Below, piece after piece: positions 20,004 to 27,033 of a stretch of 64,000 nucleotides of DNA. The notes beneath the pieces are model-generated. The model had not been told where the DNA came from. It saw nothing but the letters and a program-made list of their open reading frames with translations, and made no database searches. The DNA lies in the IMG/VR virus record IMGVR_UViG_3300025133_008097, positions 52,841 through 116,840 of that record, one strand, 5' to 3'. Position numbers and translations under genes: made by a program. Positions within the stretch are counted from its first letter, which is position 1. The number at the start of each line of letters is the position of its first letter. This stretch comes from a virus.

Positions 20004-20705
20004 CTACAATCCAGGATATTCGAATCCGTAAATCTGTAAGAAGTAAAATTTAAGAGCACGGTTTTTAGCGTCGTCATCGCCCACATACCAGTGCCAAGCA
20101 GTAAGGTTGGCAATGCCGGCAATTGCTGCCAAGGTTCTTTTGATGTCTTCTTCGATCCATTCAATTTGCTCATCAGTGGGATCGTCGACAGACAAGTCTA
20201 GATCAATGGCTATGGAATATAATACGTACCAATTTTGATTGTCATACGCCTCTTTAGCTCGCATAAAGATTCGTTCTAGTCTAAGGATCTCCTTCTCAGA
20301 GAACCCGCTGGCCCGGACCTTATCTGGGTGCGTCTCGGCAGCTATGCGTCGAAACAACTTTTTAAGTTCCACCTCTTTTTTTATCTTGGGAACAGCCTCT
20401 TCGTCTTCGTCTTCTGGCTCGCTGTCCGTTGGCACAAGATCCGTACAGTCGGATTCGTTGCTTTCTTCTATAAGTTGTGGGGGCTCTTCTTCTGCTGGCT
20501 GCGGGGGCGCCTGAGGGGTGACGGCAACCTGTTCGGCTAATCTGGTTTGTTCTTCCTCCGGGAGTTCTCTCACTAGTCGCGAAACCTCCTCCTGGAATTC
20601 CAGGATGGCGTCCTTAGAGAGTTCTTGATGATACTCTAAATCAGCATGCACAAACTCTGCATTTTTGAGGGTTTTTTTCAATTTGTACTTAAGTTGTTTA
20701 GACAT
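20004..20705 (-). CDS. J-domain (DnaJ-like) protein
   Basis: LKKLFRRIAAETHPDK = J-domain helix II plus HPD motif. SD-like GAGGGGAG on the minus strand. The only credible minus-strand gene. Confidence 0.7.
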   Translation of the reverse strand: MSKQLKYKLKKTLKNAEFVHADLEYHQELSKDAILEFQEEVSRLVRELPEEEQTRLAEQVAVTPQAPPQPAEEEPPQLIEESNESDCTDLVPTDSEPEDEDEEAVPKIKKEVELKKLFRRIAAETHPDKVRASGFSEKEILRLERIFMRAKEAYDNQNWYVLYSIAIDLDLSVDDPTDEQIEWIEEDIKRTLAAIAGIANLTAWHWYVGDDDAKNRALKFYFLQIYGFEYPGL

Positions 20706-20720
20706 ACTTCTCCCCTCTGT

Positions 20721-20728
20721 CTAATTAG
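20721..20728. promoter_or_regulatory. Palindromic CTAATTAG late-promoter-like motif between divergent genes
   Basis: Self-complementary 8-mer in the 39-nt gap between starts 20705(-) and 20745(+). Confidence 0.5.
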
Positions 20729-20744
20729 TGTAAAGGAGTAGAGC

Positions 20745-20930
20745 ATGAGACACATTATAGATAAGGGACTAGAGAAACTAGTTTCCCGAAAGTTGTTAGC
20801 GTGGACAACGGCCACGAGCTTGTTGTTGTTTTCTGATCTGACATCCAGCGATTGGGTAATCATTACTACAGTTTATATTGGAGGCCAGACCATCATCGAT
20901 GCAGTTGCGAAGCTTAAAGGTTATAAATAA
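20745..20930 (+). CDS. Holin-like small membrane protein
   Basis: 61 aa, two hydrophobic segments (SRKLLAWTTATSLLLF; WVIITTVYIGGQTII), basic C-terminus, SD AAAGGAG. Confidence 0.6.
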   Translation: MRHIIDKGLEKLVSRKLLAWTTATSLLLFSDLTSSDWVIITTVYIGGQTIIDAVAKLKGYK

Positions 20931-21340
20931 TGACCTGGATAAAATTTAGAACGGGTGCAAAAAAAGCGTGGCTTTGGGCGAAGAAGTTTTGGTGGGTGAT
21001 AGTTATCGGCCTCCTCTTCTTATGCGCGTGTTTTCTAGGGGCGCTTACTCGAAACGGCGCATTGCTCGCCGGAGTCCTAGATTTAATGGAAGCGAAGAGA
21101 GACCAGCACGACCAGGAGATGGAGACTCTCACCCAGATCCACAACGAGGAAGTCTCTGCGAAAAATGCGCGCCTTGAAGAACACCTTAAAAGGCGCGCCG
21201 AACTAGAAGCAGAATTTGCCAAAAGAGGCGAAACCCTCGATAAACAAAAAGAAGCGGAGCTTAAAAGACTGATTGACGAGAGTTATAATGATCCCGAGAA
21301 GCTAGCTAAAGAGTTGGCGGAAGCTTTTGGATTGAAATAA
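20930..21340 (+). CDS. i-spanin-like protein (N-terminal TM plus coiled coil)
   Basis: Hydrophobic WWVIVIGLLFLCACFLGAL followed by a charged helical region. Coupled to the holin-like gene. Confidence 0.5.
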   Translation: MTWIKFRTGAKKAWLWAKKFWWVIVIGLLFLCACFLGALTRNGALLAGVLDLMEAKRDQHDQEMETLTQIHNEEVSAKNARLEEHLKRRAELEAEFAKRGETLDKQKEAELKRLIDESYNDPEKLAKELAEAFGLK

Positions 21341-21801
21341 TGATTAGAAAAATATTATCCCTTTACTTAATAGTCTTTTTGGCCTTCCCGGTGGTAGCCT
21401 TCGCAGAGGAAGAGTCTTCTCCGGATTATGTAGTTCTCCCCATAGAGGCGGGCGACATCGTGCCATTCGATGGAGTTCTTTTATCTCTCGATGCTGCAGC
21501 AAAGATTGTAACCGAGAAAAAGTTCGAGGGAGCCGAGTGCGATCTGCGCATCAGCTATGAGCTTCACATGCAAGGAGAGAGATTTCAGCTGCAGCTTGAT
21601 TACAAAGATATTGAAATTCACTCCTGGAAGGATAAATACGAGTCCATGATGATTCTCAAAGTCGCTGAAAACGATCGCCTAACAGAGCTAGTTTTAAAGC
21701 AGAAGCCTGCCCAAGGTCCGCTTCTTGTGGCATTGGGTTTTGGCATCGGTACACTTACATCTTTGGGAATCTTTGCTTTATCTACCGAAATAGTTAAATG
21801 A
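21340..21801 (+). CDS. Signal-peptide plus C-terminal TM protein, possible spanin partner
   Basis: Signal peptide ending AFA, coiled-coil middle, C-terminal hydrophobic LLVALGFGIGTLTSLGIFAL. Confidence 0.45.
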   Translation: MIRKILSLYLIVFLAFPVVAFAEEESSPDYVVLPIEAGDIVPFDGVLLSLDAAAKIVTEKKFEGAECDLRISYELHMQGERFQLQLDYKDIEIHSWKDKYESMMILKVAENDRLTELVLKQKPAQGPLLVALGFGIGTLTSLGIFALSTEIVK

Positions 21802-24008
21802 CAATCTCGCAAGCCGATTCCCGCGGAAGGCTTTTGCGCTTTCTTATCGATAACCTGGGACAGGAAATATCGAGCGGGAGCCTTGCGGGTTCCGGTAGTT
21901 TTGTTGCGGTAAACTCGGACGATGAGCTTGTCTTAGCGCGGCCTTTAACCGGCGCCGGTATTTCGTGGGACGGTTCAACCGCAAACGGCGTTGCTACCTA
22001 TAAGGATGCCGACGAGGCAACTGTTGAATCAAACCTCACTTTTGACGGATCCACCCTTACTGTTACGGGCGATGCTAGTATCTCGGGCGACGTGCACATT
22101 GGCCAATACATCTATCACATTGACGATACTGACACCAAAATCGGCTTCGGTACCAATACTCAAATCTATACTTGCCAGAACAGCGAACGCCTTAAATTAA
22201 ACTCCACCGGCGTTGGTATGATGGGAGCCACACCGATTGCGGGACTAGCTATCACAGGAGATTTAACTATCTCGGGAGATACCACACTTGGAGACGCGTC
22301 GGGAGATTCGCTTACCATCAATGCTCAAACTATCAATCCAGCTAATATTGACACCGGCACCGACAACTCGGTTGTAGTCTATAACGGCAGCAGTCTGGTG
22401 ACGGACGAAATCGATTCTCGCGTCTGGGGGTCCACTCTTGTCGATGCTTCTGGAACCCCTGCAGATAATCAGGTGGGAATCTGGACGGATGCCAACACCA
22501 TGGAAGGCAGTTCAAACCTGACTTTTGATGGCACTGATCTTACGGTTGCGAACGATTTGATATTAGGCAGCGACATTATTCACTCTGGTGATACTGACAC
22601 CAAAATCGGCTTCGGTGCCAATACTCAAACCTATACTTGCCAGAACAGCGAACGTCTTAAGTTAAACTCCACCGGCGTTGGTATGATGGGAGCCACACCG
22701 ATTGCGGGACTAGCTGTCACAGGAGATTTAACTATCTCGGGAGATACCACTGCCACCTCCGGGTCCTTTAGCGATGTCACCCTCACCAGCCACACTGGTA
22801 TTATAGGAACGAATTCCCACAGAACCATAATCCACAACAACAACGGAGGCTACCTAGAGGCTAAAACAGGTCATGCTACTTATGGTTTTATAATTAGGGA
22901 CTACAACAGCGAAGGCTGGGCTAATATAACTACCAACAATGGGCTGCTTCAGCTAGCTTATAACAATAACAGCACAACTGATGGCATTTTTCTTAACGAT
23001 TCCGACAACGTTGGTATCGGAGACAGCTCCCCCTCCTATAAGCTGGATGTGAATGGAACACTTAGAGCTACAGGAGATATGTATGCAGATGGCGAGCTGA
23101 CCGTCACCTCCGACCTCGACGTCCGCGGCGACACCTTCCTCGACGGAGCGATCATCCTCGGAGGGCAATCGTCCCTCGGTACCGGGATGCGAGCAGAGTT
23201 TCGAAACACCGGAGGCCAGACATATTCAAGCTTCAATGGTGTCTACTGGGAATCCTGCATAGCGAACAACTCCCATGCCCGGACTGTCTTAACGAATGAG
23301 GCGTACGAAGACAACGACGTAGTTGGACCCGGGATCTATTCGAGTAATATTTATTGGTTTTGGAAGTACACGGCCGCCGCCACCACATATCGCGTGATCA
23401 CCTCGGGAACTTCTTTTACTTTTACAGGACAGCACTTAACAGTTCCAATGGATTCAGCCATTAGTTCGTCATTGTCTGATTACGTGGGACTTATAGCGGT
23501 GTCGTCAGGCAATCAGATGCGGTGGGATGAGATAAAAGAAGAGTGGGTTACTGGATCAGAAGCTGTGACTATTAATGAAACACTTCCTCGCATTGAATTA
23601 GCTACGAGCCGTGCCGATAAAAGAGTGTTTGGAGTTATAAGCAATCGTCCTGATAATTATGTTGTCAACAGCGAGACAAACGAAATCGAAGAGGACCAGG
23701 ACGGCATGGCTTATTCCTGGAACGATTTAAAGCAAACTCAGATTCGAGTCAACTCTTTAGGAGAAGGCGCTATCTGGGTATGCAACATCAATGGCAATCT
23801 AGAAAATGGCGATTATATTACAAGCTGCGAAGTTCCGGGATTGGGAATGAAACAAGACGACGACCTACTTCACAACTATACAGTGGCCAAGATTACGCAG
23901 GCTTGCGATTTTAGGATTAACGCCTCTAACTATAATGTGGTAGAATTTGAACATAGCGGCAGCACCTACAGAAAAGCATTTGTCGGCTGCACCTATCACT
24001 GTGGATAA
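21798..24008 (+). CDS. Fibre/spike protein with internal duplication and a C-terminal chaperone/autocleavage-like domain
   Basis: Beta-rich Thr/Ser/Gly repeats, NVGIGDSSPSYKLDVNG motif, C-terminal FTGQH...RVNSLGEGAIWV...GCTYHCG domain. Confidence 0.7.
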   Translation: MTISQADSRGRLLRFLIDNLGQEISSGSLAGSGSFVAVNSDDELVLARPLTGAGISWDGSTANGVATYKDADEATVESNLTFDGSTLTVTGDASISGDVHIGQYIYHIDDTDTKIGFGTNTQIYTCQNSERLKLNSTGVGMMGATPIAGLAITGDLTISGDTTLGDASGDSLTINAQTINPANIDTGTDNSVVVYNGSSLVTDEIDSRVWGSTLVDASGTPADNQVGIWTDANTMEGSSNLTFDGTDLTVANDLILGSDIIHSGDTDTKIGFGANTQTYTCQNSERLKLNSTGVGMMGATPIAGLAVTGDLTISGDTTATSGSFSDVTLTSHTGIIGTNSHRTIIHNNNGGYLEAKTGHATYGFIIRDYNSEGWANITTNNGLLQLAYNNNSTTDGIFLNDSDNVGIGDSSPSYKLDVNGTLRATGDMYADGELTVTSDLDVRGDTFLDGAIILGGQSSLGTGMRAEFRNTGGQTYSSFNGVYWESCIANNSHARTVLTNEAYEDNDVVGPGIYSSNIYWFWKYTAAATTYRVITSGTSFTFTGQHLTVPMDSAISSSLSDYVGLIAVSSGNQMRWDEIKEEWVTGSEAVTINETLPRIELATSRADKRVFGVISNRPDNYVVNSETNEIEEDQDGMAYSWNDLKQTQIRVNSLGEGAIWVCNINGNLENGDYITSCEVPGLGMKQDDDLLHNYTVAKITQACDFRINASNYNVVEFEHSGSTYRKAFVGCTYHCG
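22125..22750 (+). repeat. 161-bp direct repeat pair (22125-22285 and 22590-22750) inside the fibre gene
   Basis: Period 465 nt (155 codons), 5 mismatches by eye, all transitions. Confidence 0.9.
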
Positions 24009-24009
24009 A

Positions 24010-24393
24010 ATGAGTAAAGACCAAGATTACATAGCCAAACTAGAGCGCGCCATCTCCCAGAAATATGGTGATGAGACAGTGAACAATCCTAAAAGATTTT
24101 GGGATGACCAAAAAGAAAAAGAATACCTCGCACAGTCTCAAGAGGAGCACCGTAAATTTTCTAAGATTGCCGAAACCAAAGACAAAGTCGAACAAGATGG
24201 ATTTTTAATAAATAAAAAACTACTTAATAGAGATGCAAATCGAAGCTGTCCTGTTTGTAAAACATATTCTTTTCATCCCCAAGATGATTTGTATATGAAT
24301 AAGTTTGAATGTTGTCAGACTTGTTATATAGCATGGGTTGAAGGACGAGAAGAGAGATGGCTAGGTGGCTGGAGGCCAAGCGGTGAGAATTAG
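24010..24393 (+). CDS. Hypothetical protein with a Cys cluster (CPVC...CCQTC), likely Zn-binding
   Basis: Start at ATG 24010 within track ORF 23947..24393. Confidence 0.55.
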   Translation: MSKDQDYIAKLERAISQKYGDETVNNPKRFWDDQKEKEYLAQSQEEHRKFSKIAETKDKVEQDGFLINKKLLNRDANRSCPVCKTYSFHPQDDLYMNKFECCQTCYIAWVEGREERWLGGWRPSGEN

Positions 24394-24640
24394 CAATACA
24401 GAATTAGAGAAGATCATCAAAGAAGAAATTAACGAGGGCTTGAGGACTTCAATGAGGCGCGCCCGTTCTGCGCAAGAAATAGCCGATGCTCTGAAACAAC
24501 TTGAAAAAATAATGATTCACCTTCTTGACCAAAAGAGGCGTTCCGATCCTGGAACCCCCGAACACGATGGCGCCAAAGAGCAGATGGCCCGCATTGCGGA
24601 ACTGGCTCAAGAATATGCATATAGGAACGAGATGCAATGA
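24383..24640 (+). CDS. Putative internal head protein, leader MRISNTELEKIIKEEI
   Basis: GTG 24383 preceded by GGAGG. Shared leader followed by NE. Confidence 0.55.
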   Translation: MRISNTELEKIIKEEINEGLRTSMRRARSAQEIADALKQLEKIMIHLLDQKRRSDPGTPEHDGAKEQMARIAELAQEYAYRNEMQ

Positions 24641-24912
24641 GAATTTCTAAATCCCGTTTGCGCGAGATCATTTTGGAGGAGCTGGAGGAAACCCCAACTC
24701 CAGAGCTCATCGAATCAGAGATTCTGTCGGAGAACATGTTAGCTACGTTAGCCCCCAAGATAATGGAGTTTATCATTAAGAATCCAAAAATGCTGCAGCT
24801 GCTTTCTAATGCAATGCTGCCAGCAATTATGAAGGCTATGGGTGGCGACGAGAAGACAGGCGGGGCATCTGATATGCAGTCGATGATGGCTAGCTTAACA
24901 CAAGAGGAGTAG
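24637..24912 (+). CDS. Putative internal head protein, leader MRISKSRLREIILEEL
   Basis: ATGA coupling, shared leader, LIE/LSE sites. Confidence 0.55.
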   Translation: MRISKSRLREIILEELEETPTPELIESEILSENMLATLAPKIMEFIIKNPKMLQLLSNAMLPAIMKAMGGDEKTGGASDMQSMMASLTQEE

Positions 24913-24916
24913 AACA

Positions 24917-25435
24917 ATGGCAACAGTATATGAAATCATACAGGGAATCAATCAGGCGGCAGCAAATGCCTATGATGGGTCCGAAGCCGAAGTCGGCCTA
25001 CAGCGAGAGAAAGGCGACCCCATCCTAGACCGCCGCGTAATGGATGGCTTCACCGTACGGTTCATTGGGCCTATCCTGCGAATCTCTTACCAATCAGAAG
25101 TCCGACTCCGGGATGTGAAAGAAAAGGGATTTGAGAACGATATCCTTGCACACCTAAAAGATATTGTTAAGTTTCTTAAAAAAGAGTATAAAGCTATCAC
25201 CGGGAATGCCCTTACTTTAACTAAAGAAGGGGAGCACAACATTCTAGTCCAGCGTATGTCTAACTATCGCACAGATGTCCAGGCCCAGTGTGATTATCGC
25301 ATCGGTGGCCTCACCGACACAGATGAGGTGAAAGCTGGCGATAAAGATAAGAAGCTCGACACCGCAATCAAGGATTGGTTGTCCCTCGGCCCTAAAGGTA
25401 AGCGACCCAGTAACGATACTCGTAAAGGAAAGTAA
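24917..25435 (+). CDS. Hypothetical protein upstream of terminase
   Basis: SD GAGGAG, 172 aa. Confidence 0.55.
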   Translation: MATVYEIIQGINQAAANAYDGSEAEVGLQREKGDPILDRRVMDGFTVRFIGPILRISYQSEVRLRDVKEKGFENDILAHLKDIVKFLKKEYKAITGNALTLTKEGEHNILVQRMSNYRTDVQAQCDYRIGGLTDTDEVKAGDKDKKLDTAIKDWLSLGPKGKRPSNDTRKGK

Positions 25436-25443
25436 GGGGTGCC

Positions 25444-27030
25444 ATGGCTAATGCCCTTACAAAAGAGGAGATATTAAAAGAAGTTGTAAAATCGGGCAAA
25501 AACCCAGTACATTTTACGACCAACTATTGTCGCATCTCTCACCCTCAAAGGGGCCTCATTCCGTTTAAGGCTTTTGACTATCAGCAGCAGCTCCTTACAG
25601 ATTATAATGATTATCGCTTTAACGTCATCCTTAAAGCACGCCAATTAGGAATCTCTACCATCACAGCTGCCTATGTTGGGTGGCTGATGCTTTTTCACCG
25701 TGACAAGAACATCTTAGTTGTGGCCACGAAGCTTCAAACTGCGACAAACTTGGTGCGCAAAGTTAAAGCCATTATTAAGAACTTACCAGATTGGCTGCAA
25801 ATCTCTCCGATTATGGTAGATAATCGAACTTCTTTCGAACTAAACAATGGATCTCAAATTAAGGCAGCCTCCACCTCCGGGGATGTGGGTCGCTCAGAAG
25901 CACTCTCTTTGTTGGTTATAGACGAGGCCGCCCATGTTGAAAAACTAGGAGAATTGTGGACCGCTCTCTACCCTACCCTGTCCACGGGCGGTCGTTGTAT
26001 CGCCCTCTCTACTCCCAATGGCGTTGGCAACTGGTTTCATCAAACTTGTGTTGAAGCTGAGAGCGGCACCAATGATTTCTTTATGACCACTTTAATGTGG
26101 GACGTACACCCTGATCGTGATAAGACCTGGTTTGAAAAAGAGACCATGAATATGTCGCGACGCCAGATAGCTCAGGAGCTTGAGTGCAATTTCAATGTGT
26201 CGGGCGAAACGGTGATACACCCAGATGATCTCCATTGGTATATGGAGCGCGCCACGGCACCCGAATATCGGACAGGGTTTGATCGCAACTATTGGATTTG
26301 GAAACGATTCGACCCAGAAAAGCCGCACCTCATCGTCGCCGATGTCGCTCGGGGTGATGGGAAGGATAATAGCGCATTTCATATTTTTGAACTGGAGTCG
26401 ATGGAAATAGTGGCCGAATATATTGGGAAGCCCACCCCTGATGATTTTGCCGACATTCTTTATAATGTGGGCGGTGAGTATGGGAATCCGATGTTAGTAA
26501 TAGAAAACAACAATATTGGATATGCAGTACTTAAAAAGTTATTAGATAAAGGGTATCCTAATCTATACCATTCTAGTAAGGGAGATCACCAATACGTCGA
26601 TCCAATAACAGCTCAATGGCACTCAAGCGCCATTCCGGGCTTTACAACTTCCTCGAAAACGCGACCCCTCATCGTTGCCAAGATGGAAGAGTTTATGAGA
26701 AACAAACTAATTAAGATTAATTCGAATCGTCTTTTGTCGGAAATGAAAACTTTTATTTGGCACAATGGGCGGCCAGAAGCAATGAGGAGTTATAACGACG
26801 ATCTAGTTATGTCATTTGCAATCGGTTGTTGGGTGAGAGATACAGTAATTGTGGAGAGTCAGAGAAGTGTTGAATATAGCAAACAGTTTTTGTCTTCGAT
26901 ATCTACATCGGACACACAGATTTCTACAACCATTCCCGGTATGAAGGGGCATAAAACAATAAAAGAAAAGGATAGGGCTGCTCACGCGAATATATTCAAT
27001 GAGCAATATATAGCCCTTATTAAAGGATAA
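25444..27030 (+). CDS. terL: Terminase large subunit (T4 gp17-like)
   Basis: LKARQLGIST Walker A region, LVIDEAAH Walker B, nuclease motifs ADVARGDGKDNSAF and DDLVMS. Confidence 0.95.
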   Translation: MANALTKEEILKEVVKSGKNPVHFTTNYCRISHPQRGLIPFKAFDYQQQLLTDYNDYRFNVILKARQLGISTITAAYVGWLMLFHRDKNILVVATKLQTATNLVRKVKAIIKNLPDWLQISPIMVDNRTSFELNNGSQIKAASTSGDVGRSEALSLLVIDEAAHVEKLGELWTALYPTLSTGGRCIALSTPNGVGNWFHQTCVEAESGTNDFFMTTLMWDVHPDRDKTWFEKETMNMSRRQIAQELECNFNVSGETVIHPDDLHWYMERATAPEYRTGFDRNYWIWKRFDPEKPHLIVADVARGDGKDNSAFHIFELESMEIVAEYIGKPTPDDFADILYNVGGEYGNPMLVIENNNIGYAVLKKLLDKGYPNLYHSSKGDHQYVDPITAQWHSSAIPGFTTSSKTRPLIVAKMEEFMRNKLIKINSNRLLSEMKTFIWHNGRPEAMRSYNDDLVMSFAIGCWVRDTVIVESQRSVEYSKQFLSSISTSDTQISTTIPGMKGHKTIKEKDRAAHANIFNEQYIALIKG

Positions 27031-27033
27031 CCC

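Noticed and set aside
22125-22750. Near-identical repeats in fibre genes as a diversity-generating retroelement TR/VR pair
   Set aside because: Both copies lie in-frame within one ORF, the differences include C/T changes rather than adenine-only changes, and no reverse transcriptase is in the window.
23401-24008. Giant-virus origin of the window suggested by the FTGQH...YHCG domain
   Set aside because: Portal, terminase, gp23-type capsid, sheath, tube, SD sites and sigma70 promoters all indicate a tailed bacteriophage.
25444-27030. Inteins or introns in terminase, primase, MCP or the SbcCD fusion
   Set aside because: No Cys/Ser...His-Asn splicing ends or LAGLIDADG/HNH motifs seen. Lengths are explained without them.
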